DNA of 64,000 nucleotides from Mobula hypostoma (taxonomy: Eukaryota), in NCBI RefSeq assembly GCF_963921235.1, contig NC_086098.1, forward strand, positions 682,001-746,000. The letters are read 5' to 3'. Below, in pieces: positions 21,584 to 34,041 of this stretch. Both the position numbers and the translations under genes were made by a program. The first letter of the stretch is position 1; the number at the start of each line of letters is the position of its first letter. Below the pieces are notes generated by a model. That model did not search any database. It saw only the letters and a program-made list of their open reading frames with translations, and was not told where the DNA came from.

Positions 21584-21739
21584 ATTACTCATTTTGAAAT
21601 GTTGTTTTCCATAAAGTAAGAATTGAGAGAAAAATCTTTTGCTCTACAATCTACAGAAGTATAAGCTGTTTGAACTTTCCTTATTCATTGTTTTCCATGT
21701 TTTGTAGAAAATGTATATAAAAATAAAGAAAATAAGGAT

Positions 21740-22048
21740 TAAACTTTACTTGTCACTTGTATGTTAAAACATTCAGTGTAATGAGTAGTTTGCGTCAAAT
21801 CAAATCACCCAGAATTGTGCTGGGCTGCTGTAAGTGTCGTCATTCTTCAGGTGCCAACAATACAAGTCCACAGCTCACTAACCCTAACCATTATGTACAC
21901 CTTTGGACTCTATAAGGAAACCAGAGCACCCAGAGGAAACCAATGTAGTCATGGGTAGATTGTAAAACCTTCTTAAAGACAGCAGTGGAAATTGAATCCT
22001 GATCTTACAGCCGGTGCTGTAAAACCTTTGTGTTCACCGTGGCACCCT
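21740..22048 (-). mobile_element. V-SINE/HE1-like SINE, degraded
   Basis: Reverse complement of the V-domain-like GGTTTCCTCTGGGTGCTCTGGTTTCCT..GTCCAAAG at ~21900-21945. Confidence 0.6.
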
Positions 22049-22049
22049 C

Positions 22050-23390
22050 AACATCAACATATACTCAACGTCCTGAAAGGAAATTAGAGAGCTATGCAGA
22101 CCCACAGAATATTTCTTTCTTCACAGCAGTTACAGGATAAATTGCCATTAAAAACAAGTGGCATTATCAAAGGATTTCAAAGAGAAGCTATCAATCTGGA
22201 GGGATGTTTGAGAAACAAAATGTAGGAATTAAATAAAAAAGAATGAGTACAAATTATTGCATGTCTGGCGACTGTGCGTTTTAAAGAAAACTAGATTCTT
22301 TTTAAACAAGATTTGTCAGTGATGGATTTTGTAGCATTCTGAGAACTAGAGGGTAAACATATCATTTACTCTAAAATTAACATTTTGTTCATAAACAGAA
22401 TTCAGAGGGAAAAATGGTTTTGACAGCAGACTTAGCATGAGTGACAAAACTGTGCTGTGTCAGACTAGCATATCGAAAGATGTCAACAAAAGCCTGAAGC
22501 AGATTTCACCAAAGTGTGCCTTGCATATCATAGCAATTTTCCTAACCAATCAAAAACTGAAGACAAATTCCACTGCACCCACTGCCTTCATTAATCATGT
22601 CAATTAAGGCCCCACTATATAGTCCTGTGAAAGAAAGTTGGCTGAGCATCCTCGTGTATTGGTTTCCGAACATTAATGAGGCCTTTGTAATGAGCTGGCT
22701 AGGGCAGGCATGGCTGATTACTGGCAGTTCATCCCCCTTGCTTGACAGTGGGTTGGGAATTTGCAGCTGGCAGATGCTGGCTCTGTTTAATAACAAGGAT
22801 GGCAGTGAGGATGCATGAATAAACGGACAGAGGCTGCCTGTTTCCTGGGCCAATTATTTCTTTCAGACCCTGTGCTGCACGTCTTAACCCCAAAATGGAA
22901 CAATGGTTGGATTTCACGCACGGAGCCGGTATGAGTATCACAATTATATTTGTTTGACTGGTTAGGGGGAGTTGGTGGTATGAACACATTCAAACACAAG
23001 AGCACAGAAATCCATCTGCAAAAACACTGACTTTTGCTCACTGCCATGCAACAGAAAATCTTTTTCCTTACCAGAATGAAACACGTTGAAAGCCATTTCA
23101 ATTGTGTTCTGCATCATTCTGTAAATTTGAGGGGGCATTTTCTGGACCCAGTCACTCTGCATCCCTGGATTCCATGTCAGGGTACTTAAAATGTCATCAT
23201 TTTCACTGCAAAGCTCATTTTGCCTCATTGCAGAAGGACCTGGACAACACATTCCCTTGAATTTTTAGGACTACCTAGTGTTGAGCCTAGAGTGGGTGAG
23301 CAGTGGACATTTCCTCAAAGTATCGCGTTGACTTCCCAGCATCACACTTCCCCATCCAGGAACGCCAATACCCCAACTCCTTCATCCCCC
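22050..23390. other. TE-free unique island, candidate conserved non-coding element or enhancer
   Basis: Only long stretch without a recognisable repeat; clustered TAAT/ATTA, TGACAG, E-box and SOX motifs; no credible ORF. Confidence 0.45.
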
Positions 23391-23399
23391 TCTGTAACA

Positions 23400-23745
23400 T
23401 ATGGTAGTGTAGCAGTTACTGAGATGGTATTGCAGCTTGGGGTGCCGGAATTCAGAGTTTATTTCCATCGTCCTCTGTAAAAAGTTAGTATGATCTTCAC
23501 GTGAATGCATTGGCTTTCTCTGGGGTGCTAGGGTTTCCTCTCACAGTCCAAAAGCATACTGGTTAGTAGGTTGGTCATACCAGTTAGTAGGTTGGTCATT
23601 GTAAATTATCCTGTGATTAGGCTAAGGTTAAATAGATGAGCCAAATGGCCTAATTCTGCTCTTATGTCTTGTGGTTGTTGGGTGGTGCAGTTTGACAGGC
23701 TGGAAGGGCCTTTTCCACACTATATCTCTAAGTAAATGAATAAGT
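23400..23745 (+). mobile_element. V-SINE/HE1-like tRNA-derived SINE
   Basis: A-box-like TAGTGTAGCAG head, V-domain-like GGCTTTCTCTGGGGTGCTAGGGTTTCCTCTCACAGTCCAAA, and a CR1-like GGGCC..TATATCTCTAA tail. Confidence 0.7.
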
Positions 23746-24204
23746 AACACACTTCATTCTTGTTTCTCCTGATCAGATTCAGATTCATTAATTTATCATA
23801 TGTAGATTGAAACATACAGTGAAATTTGCCGCTTATGTTAACAACAATCACAACCGAGGGATGTGCTGGGGCAGCCCACAAGTGTCACCACACATTCCAG
23901 CACCGACGCAGCATGCCCACAATGCTCGGCAGAACAACACAAGCAGCAGCAACAACAACAGCGGCAGAACAATGGCAAAACAAGCCTCTTACCTGCCTAC
24001 CACCCACGCAGCCTCTCAGGCACACTGACTGTCCTCCAGCCCTAGGACAGACTACCTGCGGGCCTCTGCACATTCAGCCTCCAGTGGACTCACAGTCTTA
24101 CAGGCATTGGGCTCCTACTTCCCCGTCGATCCTACCCGCTCAGTCTTTCAAGCTTCAAATTTCACAGTTACATTTCCTGCCAGAGTACATACATGTCCAC
24201 ATAC

Positions 24205-24340
24205 ATACATACATGGGTGGGAGGTGTATGGAGGGATATGGTCCGTGTGCAGGTCAGTGGGACTAGGCAGAAAATGGTTCAGCACAGCCAAGAAGGGCCA
24301 AAAGGCCTGTTTCTGTGCTGTAGTTTCTATGGTTTCTATG
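24205..24340 (+). mobile_element. CR1 family B extreme 3' end
   Basis: Matches 37675-37807 (GGGAGGTGTATGGAGGG..GGGCCAAAAGGCC..TTTCTATGG). Confidence 0.85.
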
Positions 24341-24344
24341 TCAC

Positions 24345-25100
24345 CACATACAATGCTGAGGTTCTTCTTCCTGTGGGCAAACCTATAGAAAAGTGACTAT
24401 AAACAGGATCAATGAACAACAAACTGTGCAAATGCAAATATGAATAAATACAATCGGTCAAGTCATCAATAAATAAATTTAAATAAATAGCAATAATTAA
24501 CGAGTATGAAAGAATAAGATAAGGAGCCCTTGAAGTGAGACCATCAATTGTGAGAACACCATTAATGGGATGAGTGTAGTAATCACTTTTGTTCAAGAGC
24601 CTGATAGTAGAAGAATAGTAACTGTTCTTGAAACTGGTGGTGTGAGTCCTGAGGCACTTGTACCTTCTACCTGATGGCAGCAGTGAGAAAAGAGCATGGC
24701 CTGGGTGGTGAGGATCTTTGATGATGGATGCGCTCTTCTACAGCAACGGTTCATGTAGATGTGCTCAAAAGTTGGGAGGGTTTTATCCATGATGTATTGG
24801 GCTGAACACATTAACTTTTATAGGAATATCCACATAAAAGAAAAGCATTGGTGTTCCCATACCAGGCCATAATGCAGCAAGCGAGAGATCTATAGAAGTT
24901 TGACAAAGTTTTTAATGACTTGCCAAATCTTTGCAGACCCCTGAGGAAGTAGAGATGCTGTTGTGCTTACTTTGCAATTATATTTATATGATAGGTGCAG
25001 GACAGTAACACCCTGGAGTTTAACGTTTCTGACCATCTCCACCTCTAATCCTCCAATGGGTACTGGCTCATGGGCCTCTGGTTTCCATAAGAACTCATCA
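24345..25100 (-). mobile_element. Old Rex1/Babar-type LINE 3' part
   Basis: AQYIMDKTLPTFEHIY and a frameshifted KDPHHPGHALFSLLPSGRRY remnant. Confidence 0.65.
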
Positions 25101-25121
25101 TCTCAATACTTATTGCTTAGT

Positions 25122-25742
25122 TATAAGACCATAAGACATAGCAGCAGAAGTTGGCCATTTGGCCCCTCGAATCTCATCTGCCATTCAATCAGGGGCTGAT
25201 CCAATTCTTCCAGTTATCCCCATTCCCCTGCTTTCACCCCATACCCTTTGATGCCCTGGTAAATCAAGAACCTATCTATCGCTGCCTTAAATGCATGTAA
25301 TGACTTAGCTTCCACAGCTGCTTGTGGCAAAAAAAATTCCACAGATTTACCACCCTCTGACTAAAGCAATTTCTCTGCATCTCAGTTTTAAAAAAACGTC
25401 CTTCAATCCTGAAGTCTTGCCCTCTTGTCCAAGAATTCTCTATCATGGGAAATAACTTTGCCATATCTAATCTGTTTAGGCCTTTCAACATTTAGAATGT
25501 TTCTATGAGATCCCTCCCCTCATTCTCCTGAACTCCAGGGAATACAGCCCAAGAGCTACCAGACGTTCCTCATACGGTAACCCTTTCATTCCTGGTGTTA
25601 TTCTCAAGAATCTTCTCTGAACCTTCTCCAATGTCAGTATATCCTTTCTAAAATGAGGAGCCCAAAACTGCACACAATACTCCAAGTGTGGTCTCACGAG
25701 TGCCTTATAGAGTCTCAATATCACATCCCTGCTCTTATATTC
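25122..25742 (-). mobile_element. CR1 3' part; host of a young family A copy, resumes at 27811-27842
   Basis: [19 protein letters not shown] and MLKGLNRLDMAKLFP motifs; (TATGGTCT) tail at the left end. Confidence 0.88.
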
Positions 25743-27810
25743 AATAAATCAAGGAAGGTAGTGCACCCGTGGCTGACAAGAGAAATTAGGGATAGTATCA
25801 ATTCCAAAGAAGTAGCATACAAATTAGCCAGAGAAAGTGGCTCACCTGAGGACTGGGAGAAATTCAGAGTTCAGCAGAGGAGGACAAAGGGCTTAATTAG
25901 GAAGGGGAAAAAAGATTATGAGAGAAAACTGGCAGAGAACATAAAAACGGACTGTAAAAGCTTTTATAGATATGTAAAAAGGAAAAGACTGATAAAGACA
26001 AATGTAGGTCCCCTGCAAACAGAAACAGGTGAATTGATTATGGGGAGCAAGGACATGGCAGACCAATTGAATAATTACTTTGGTTCTGTCTTCACTAAGG
26101 AGGACATAAATAATCTTCCAGAAATAGTAAGGGACAGAGGGTCCAGTGAGATGGAGGAACTGAGCGAAATACATGTTAGTAGGGAAGTGGTGTTAGGTAA
26201 ATTGAAGGGATTGAAGGCAGATAAATCCCCAGGGCCAGATGGTCTGCATCCCAGAGTGCTTAAGGAAGTGGCCCAAGAAATAGTGGATGCATTAGTGATA
26301 ATTTTTCAAAACTCGTTAGATTCTGGACTAGTTCCTGAGGATTGGAGGGTGGCTAATGTAACCCCACTTTTTAAAAAAGGAGGGAGAGAGAAACCGGGGA
26401 ATTATAGGCCGGTTAGCCTAACGTCGGTGGTGGGGAAACTGCTGGAGTCAGTTATCAAGGATGTGATAACAGCACATTTGGAAAGCGGTGAAATGATCGG
26501 ACAAAGTCAGCATGGATTTGTGAAAGGAAAATCATGTCTGACGAATCTCATAGAATTTTTTGAGGATGTAACTAGTAGAGTGGATAGGGGAGAACCAGTG
26601 GATGTGGTATATTTGGATTTTCAAAAGGCTTTTGACAAGGTCCCACATAGGAGATTAGTGTGCAAACTTAAAGCACACGGTATTGGGGGTAAGGTATTGG
26701 TGTGGGTGGAGAATTGGTTAGCAGACAGGAAGCAAAGAGTGGGAATAAACGGGACCTTTTCAGAATGGCAGGCGGTGACTAGTGGGGTACCGCAAGGCTC
26801 AGTGCTGGGACCCCAGTTGTTTACAATATATATTAATGACTTGGATGAGGGAATTAAATGCAGCATCTCCAAGTTTGCGGATGACACGAAGCTGGGTGGC
26901 AGTGTTAGCAGTGAGGAGGATGCTAAGAGGATGCAGGGTGACTTGGATAGGTTGGGTGAGTGGGCAAACTCATGGCAGATGCAATTTAATGTGGATAAAT
27001 GTGAAGTTATCCACTTTGGTGGCAAAAATAGGAAAACAGATTATTATCTGAATGGTGGCCGATTAGGAAAAGGGGAGGTGCAACGAGACCTGGGTGTCAT
27101 TATACACCAGTCATTGAAAGTGGGCATGCAGGTACAGCAGGCGGTGAAAAAGGCGAACGGTATGCTGGCATTTATAGCGAGAGGATTCGAGTACAGGAGC
27201 AGGGAGGTACTACTGCAGTTGTACAAGGCCTTGGTGAGACCACACCTGGAGTATTGTGTGCAGTTTTGGTCCCCTAATCTGAGGAAAGACATCTTTGCCA
27301 TAGAGGGAGTACAAAGAAGGTTCACCAGATTGATTCCTGGGATGGCAGGTCTTTCATATGAAGAAAGACTGGATGAACTGGGCTTGTACTCGTTGGAATT
27401 TAGAAGATTGAGGGGGGATCTGATTGAAACGTATAAGATCCTAAAGGGATTGGACAGGCTAGATGCAGGAAGATTGTTCCCGATGTTGGGGAGGTCTAGA
27501 ACGAGGGGTCACAGTTTGAGGATAGAGGGGAAGCCTTTTAGGACCGAGGTTAGGAAAAACTTCTTCACACAGAGAGTGGTGAATCTGTGGAATTCTCTGC
27601 CACAGCAAACTGTTGAGGCCAGTTCATTAGCTATGTTTAAAAGGAAGTTAGATATGGCCCTTGTGGCTACAGGGGTCAGGGGGTATGGAGGGAAGGCTGG
27701 GTTCTGAGTTGGATGATCAGCCATGATCATAATAAATGGCGGTGCAGGCTCGAAGGGCCGAATGGCCTACTCCTGCACCTATTTTCTATGTTTCTATGTT
27801 TCTATGTTTC
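25743..27810 (+). mobile_element. 5'-truncated young CR1 family A (2.07 kb, RT uninterrupted), 7-bp TSD TATATTC
   Basis: Protein identical to the full-length ORF2 C-terminal part except L>F and T>R; TATATTC at 25736-25742 and 27811-27817. Confidence 0.96.
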
Positions 27811-27842
27811 TATATTCTACATCTCTAGAAATGAATGGCAAT

Positions 27843-28568
27843 ATATAGAAAAAGTACAGATGGTGTTTCGGGCTGAAACCCTTCAGTAGGACTGGAGGAA
27901 AAAAGCTGAGGAGTAGATTTAAAAAGTGGGAGAGGGCAGAGTGAACCTCCAAGTGACAGGTGAAACCTAGAGTGGGAGGAATGAAGTAAAGAGCTGGGAA
28001 GTTGATTGATGAGATGAGGTGAGAGGGAGAAAAGAGGATGGGAAATGGAGAAGGAGGGGAGGGCATTACTGGAAGTTTGAGAAATCAATGTTCATTCCAT
28101 CACGTTGGAGACTATCCAAATGGAATATAAGATGCTGTTCTTCTAATCTTAGTGTGACCTCATCATGACAGTGGAGGAGGCAGTGGATGGACGTATCAGA
28201 ATGGGAATGGGAAATGGAATTAAAATGGGTGGCCACTAGGAGATCCCACTTGTTCTGGTGGATGGAGTGTAGATGCTCGGCAAAACAAACCCCCAAACTA
28301 CGTTGAGTCTCACTGATGTACAGGAGGCCACATAGGGAGCACTGAACACAGTAAATGACCCCACCAGACTCACAGGTAAAGTGTCACCTCAGCTGGAAAG
28401 ATTATTTAGGGCCCTGGATGGTATTGAGGAAGGAGATGTAGGTACAGGTGTAGCACTTGTTCCGCTTCCTCAGCATTTTTACCCAGTCCTGCAAAAAGGT
28501 TTCTGTACGAAATGTTGAATGCACTTTTCTCCATGGATGTTGCCTAGCCTGCTGTATTCCTCCAGCAT
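27843..28568 (-). mobile_element. Older Penelope-like element with an inverted terminal-repeat piece at its 5' side
   Basis: GIY-YIG remnant 28066-28296 (FAEHL..VATHFN..LEEQHLIF); 28470-28568 is a plus-strand copy of the terminal repeat. Confidence 0.8.
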
Positions 28569-28947
28569 CCTAACCTCATGGTTCGATTGACTAATTTATT
28601 CTAAAACTGACGTCTCCATTGACCAAATCATTCCTAACCTCATAGTTCCATTGACTAAATCATTCATAACCACTCAGCTCCATTGACTAACTCATCCCTA
28701 ACCTCACCCATCCATTGACAAAATCATTTCAAACCACACAGCTTCATTCTACAATTCCATCCTAACCTCACAGCTCTACTGACTAACTCATTCCATACCT
28801 CACAGCCGCACTGATTAACTCATTACAAAACTCAGAGCTCCAATGACTAACTGATTCCTAATTTCATAGCTCCATTGACTCATTCCTAATCTCATGGTTC
28901 CATTGATTAACTCAGTCCTAAATCCGTGGCTCTATTAACCAACTCAG
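28569..28947 (+). repeat. Degenerate ~32-bp minisatellite, consensus CCTAACCTCACAGCTCCATTGACTAACTCATT (block 1)
   Basis: About 12 diverged tandem units of 29-33 bp. Confidence 0.9.
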
Positions 28948-29082
28948 ACTGATGAGGGCAGGGCAGTGGATGTTGTCCACGTGGATTTTAATAAGCATTT
29001 GACAAAGTCTCTCATGGGAGGCTAATCCAGAAGATTAAGATGCAGGGGGTCTGCAACAAATTGGGTGCTCGGATTCAGAACT

Positions 29083-30328
29083 CCTGCCTCCCATATAAGC
29101 CCCCACCTTAAATTCCTCCATATACCTGTCTAGTAGTCTCTTAAACTTCACTAGTGTATCTGCCTCCACCACTGACTCAGGCAGTGTATTCCACGCACCA
29201 ACCACTCTCTGAGTAAAAAACCTTCCTCTAATATCCCCCTTGAACTTCCCACCCCTTACCTTAAAGCTATGTCCTCATGTATTGAGCACTGGTGCCCTGG
29301 GGAAGAGGCGCTGGCTATCCACTCTATCTATTTCTCTTATTATCTTGTACACCTCTATCATGTCTCCTGTCATCCTCCTTCTCTCCAAAGAGTAAAGCAC
29401 TAGCTCCCTTAATCTCTGATCATAATGCATACTCTCTAAACCAGTCAGCATCCTGGTAAATCTCCTCTGTACCCTTTCCAATGCTTCCACATCCTTCCTA
29501 TAGTGAGGCGACCAGAACTGGACACAGTACTCCAAGTGTGGCCTAACCAGAGTTTTATAGAGCTGCATCATTACATCGCGGCTCTTAAACTCTATCCCTC
29601 AACTCATGAAAGCTAACACCCCATAAGCTTTCTTAACTACCCTATTCACCTGTGAGGCAACTTTCAGGGATCTGTGGACATATACCCCCAGATCCCTCTG
29701 CTCCTCCACACTACCAAGTATCCTACCATTTACTTTGTACTCTGCCTTGGAGTTTGTCCTTCCAAAGTGTATCACCTCACACTTCTCCAGGTTGAACTCC
29801 ATCTGCCACTTCTCAGCTCACTTCTGCATCCTATCAATGTCTCTCTGCAATCTTTGACAATCCTCTACACTATCTACAACACCACCAACCTTTGTGTCAT
29901 CTGCAAACTTGCCAATCCACCCTTCTACCCCTACATCCAGATCGTTAATAAAAGTCACGAAAAGTAGACGTCCCGGAACAGATCCTTGTGGGCCACCACT
30001 AGTCACAATCCTCCAACCTGAATGTATTCCCTCCACCATGACCCTCTGCCTTCTGCAGGCAAGCCAATTCTGAATCCACCTGGCCAAACTTCCCTGGATC
30101 CCATGCCTTCTGTCTTTCTGAATAAGCCTACCATGTGGAACCTTGTCAAATGCCTTACTAAAATCCATGTATATCACATCCACTGCACTACCCTCATCTA
30201 TATGTCTGGTTACCTCCTCAAAGAACTCTATCAGGCTTGTTAGACACGATCTGCCCTTCACAAAGCCATGCTGACTGTCCCTGATCAGACCATGATTCTC
30301 TAAATGCCCAGAGATCCTATCTCTAAGA
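29083..30328 (-). mobile_element. CR1 family C RT-to-3' part
   Basis: ORFs 29275-29571, 29599-29802 and 29818-30328 are paralogous to 1-1080 and 6724-7905. Confidence 0.9.
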
Positions 30329-30419
30329 AGGCCTGGAAGATCATCGGGACACCAGTCACCCCGACCATAAACTGTTTCAGCTGCTTCCATTTAGCAAATA
30401 GTACCACAACATTAAAGCG

Positions 30420-30788
30420 ATGGTTTACATCTAAACTGGAGGGGGACAAATATTCTTGCAGGTAGGTTTGCTAGAGAGGATCCAGTGAATTTAAACTAGA
30501 TACAAGGGGGGGAGGGTAACCAGAGTGTAGGAACAGATGTAGGGGAGAAGGAAGAAAAAGAAAATAGTAAAGTTGTTTGCACCGTTAGTGATAAACAGAG
30601 AGTAAGAGGTGGAAAATTTCTTAAGTGCATTTATTTTAATGCTAGGAGCATTATAAGAAAGGTGGATGAGCTTAAAGCATGGATTGATACCTGGAAGTAT
30701 GATGTTGTAGCTATTCGTGAAACATGGTTACAGGAGGGGTGTGATTGGCAACTAAATATTCCTGGATTTAATTGTTTCAGGTGTGATG
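30420..30788 (+). mobile_element. CR1 ORF1/ORF2 junction fragment lying between Rex1-like pieces
   Basis: GATGGTTTACATCTAAAC (DGLHLN), AATTTAAACTAG, then YFNARS and ETW endonuclease motifs. Confidence 0.8.
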
Positions 30789-30931
30789 ACCAACAGACTT
30801 TAGGAGAGCTTACTTCTACAACCCATTAGACTTTTAAATTCAACATGTCTGTACATTATAACACACAGATTTTTACTCCCTCAAGTTGTGGGCTGGATGT
30901 AAGATTTAAATAAATTTTAAATTCCAAATAA

Positions 30932-32013
30932 ATTCCTAACCTCACAGCTCCATTGACCAATTCCATACTAACCTCACAGCTCAATTGACTGAAAGTAAAG
31001 GCATTCGTTAGTCTTGCGAGACCATGGATCTGCGTCTGGAAAGTCTTCACTCTCTAGGGTGCAGGCCTGGGCAAGGTTGTATGGAAGATCAGCAGTTGCC
31101 CATGCTGCAAGTCTCCCCTCTCCACGACACCAATGTTGTCCAAGGGAAGGGCATTTGCACCAGTGCCGTCACAGAGCACTGTGTGATTAAGTGCCTTGCT
31201 CAAGGACACAACACGCTCCCTCGGCTGGGGCTCGAACTCACGACCTTCAGGTAACTAGTCCAATGCCTTAACCACTTGGCCACGTGCCCACATCAATTGA
31301 CTAACTCATTCCTAACCTCACAGTTCCTTTGAATCACTCCATCCTAACCTCATGGCTCCATTCACTCATTCCTCACCTCACAGCTCCATTGACTAACTCA
31401 TTCCTAACCTCACAGTTCTATTGGCTCCTACCAAACCTCACAGTTCCTTTGAATCACTCCATCCTAACCTCATGGCTCCATCCACTCATTCTTAACCTCA
31501 CAGCTCCATTGACTCAATCCTAACCTTACAGTTCCATTGAAAAGCCCCATCCTAACTTCATAGCTCTATTAACCCACTCATTCTTAACGTCACTGCTCCA
31601 TTGACCACCTCCATTCTAACCTCACAGCTCCATTGACTAAGTTGATCCTAACCTCACGACTGCATTAATCAGCTCTTTTTATAGCTTCCTGGCTACATTG
31701 ACTCACTTCTAATCTCACAGCTCCACTGATGAACTCCATCTCAATCTCATAGCTCCATAGAAGAAATCCATCCTGATCACATGACTCCAGTGACTCATTC
31801 CAAACCTCACTGCTCCATTGAAGAATTCTATCCTAACCTCACATTTCCATTAACTCATTTCTAATCTCACAGCTCAATTCGCTAATTGATTCCTAACATC
31901 CCATCTGCATTAACCAAATTATTCTTGCCTTATATCTCTATGGACTCACCTCTAACCTCACAGCTCCATTGATCAACTCCATCCTAAGCTCACGGCTCTA
32001 TTGACTAACTCAT
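30932..32013 (+). repeat. ~32-bp minisatellite (block 2), interrupted by a SINE
   Basis: More than 20 diverged units with the same consensus as block 1. Confidence 0.9.
30991..31292 (-). mobile_element. tRNA-derived SINE with CORE-like segment and 10-bp TSD TCAATTGACT
   Basis: A box TGGCCAAGTGG, B box GTTCGAGCC, CORE-like GTGTCCTTGAGCAAGGCACTTAA; TSD at 30981-30990 and 31293-31302. Confidence 0.88.
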
Positions 32014-33065
32014 GATGGAGGACACATCTGAGAGTGGTTTGTCCATCGTCATCGATGAAGACCTCGACACCATTAGTCACTTTGAGACTGGATGCGGTGT
32101 GTCCGGGGATGACTGGTCAGGCCAATTCGGGCATGGAATGTCCTGGCACATGTTGGGCAGACGTGTAGGCACTGCAGTTGTTGCGCTGGTGGGTCTGGAC
32201 TTGTGCAGCTCATGCTTATGTTATGATTCAGCAATGCGCCTTGCTTCGTAAGCTTGACAGCCCTTGTGGATGAGGCCATGCCAGATAAGGGGGTTTTGTG
32301 CCAACGTTTCCCAGGTGGTCATGTCTATGTCAAATGACTTCAGGGAGGCCTTTAGTGTGTCTTTGTAAGGTTTCTTCTGTCCTCCATGTGAGCGTCTTCC
32401 AGCAGAGAATTCCCCAAAAAGGAGCTGCTTGGGTATGCGCTCGTCCGGCATGCGGATGACATGACCTGCCCACTGGGTCTGTGCTCTCATCAGCAGTGTG
32501 TGGACTGATGATAGACTTGCTCTAGAGAGAACTTCAGTGTCTGGTACTTTATCTTGCCATCTGATGCCTAATATTCTGCGAAGACAGGTCATGTGGAAAT
32601 GGTTGAGCTGTCTTGCATGTCTTCAATACACAGTCCACGTTTCACAGGCATACAGGAGGGTAGTGAGTACCACGGGTCTGTAGACCTTCAGTTTTGTTGC
32701 TGGACTGATTCCTCGATGTTCCCATACAGTGGAGCGCTCTACCGAAAGCAGAATTTGCCTTTGCTATTCTGCAGTTAATTTCTGTATCAATAGTCACTGT
32801 TCGGGAGAAGGTGCTGCCAAGGCAAGTAAACTGGTCCACTGCCTGTAGTTTCTGTCCTTTGATTGTGATTTTCGTTTCTGTGTACGCTGCACGAGGGGAA
32901 GGCTGGTGCATGACTTCGTCTTTTTGATGTTGATGGTGAGTCCAAAGTTGTCACAAGCCGTGGAGAATTTGTCCATACTGACTTGCATCTCTGGCTCCGA
33001 GCCAGCATATAGGGCGCAGTCACAGGCAAAGAGGATGTCTCTCAGAACAGTCTCCTTCACTTGGT
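32013..33065 (-). mobile_element. RTE-clade LINE 3' part with C-terminal C2H2 finger, degraded
   Basis: LFACDCAL (degenerate FADD), LRRILGIRWQDKVPDTEVL, WAGHVIRMPDERIPKQLLFGE and CPTCARTFHARIGLTSHPRTH. Confidence 0.9.
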
Positions 33066-34041
33066 AATCTAACATGCCATAGAGAGATATTATAGAACCA
33101 TAGAAACTACAGCACAGAAACAGGCCTTTTGGCCCTTCTTGGCTGTGCCAAACCATTTTCTGCCTAGTCCCACTGACCTGCACACAGACCATATCCCTCC
33201 ATACATCTCCCATCCATGTATCTGTCCAATTTATTCTTAAATGCTAAAAAAGAACCCGCATTTACCACCTCGTATGGCAGCTCATTCCATACTCCCACCA
33301 CTCTTTGTGTGAAGAACCCCCCCCGTAATGTTCCCTTTAAACTTTCCTCCCTCACCCTTAACCCATGTCCTCTGGTTTTTTTCTCCCCTTGCCTCAGTGG
33401 AAAAAGCCTGCTTGTATTCACTCTATCTATACCCATCATAATTTTATAAACCTCTATCAAATCTCCCCTCATTCTTCTACGCTCCAGGGAATAAAGTCCT
33501 AACCTATTCAACCTTTCTCTGTAACTGAGTTTCTCAAGTCCCGGCAACATCCTTGTAAACCTTCTCTGCACTCTTTCAACCTTATTTATATCCTTCCTGT
33601 AATTTGGTGACCAAAACTGAATACAATACTCCAGATTCGGCCTCACCAATGCCTTATACAACCTCATCATAACATTCCAGCTCTTATACTCAATAGTTCG
33701 ACTAATAAAGGCCAATGTACCAAAAGCTCTCTTTACGACCCTATCTACCTGTGATGACACTTTTAGGGAATTTTGTATCTGTATTCCCAGATCCCTCTGT
33801 TCCACTGCACTCCTCAGTGCCTTACCATTAACCCTGTATGTTCTACCTTGGTTTGACCTTCCAACGTGCAATATCTCACACTTGTCTGCATTAAACTCCA
33901 CCTGCCATTTTTCAGCCCATTTTTCCAGCTGGTCCAAGTCCCTCTGCAGGCTCTGAAAACCTTCCTCACTGTCTACTACACCTCCAATCTTTGTATCATC
34001 AGCAAATTTGCTGATCCAATTTACCACGTTATCATCCAGAT

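Noticed and set aside
22542..23480. Short ORFs in the unique island as host exons
   Set aside because: No recognisable domain, overlapping on both strands, and no convincing splice-site pair; a small exon cannot be excluded without RNA data.
23807..24266. Poly-Q/N/T ORFs
   Set aside because: They arise from a short (CAA/CAG) microsatellite within a repeat-derived segment.
25653..27707. 684-aa ORF as a host or domesticated RT gene
   Set aside because: The first 30 codons are antisense sequence of an older CR1 fused by chance to a 5'-truncated young insertion.
31220..31292. tRNA gene
   Set aside because: The tRNA-like head runs into a SINE body, lacks a convincing acceptor stem and terminator, and the whole unit is bounded by a TSD.
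28569..32013. ~32-bp repeats as a CRISPR array or a repeat protein (MELVNGAVRLG)
   Set aside because: Units are head-to-tail with no spacers, diverged, of variable non-triplet length, with no cas genes and a eukaryotic context.
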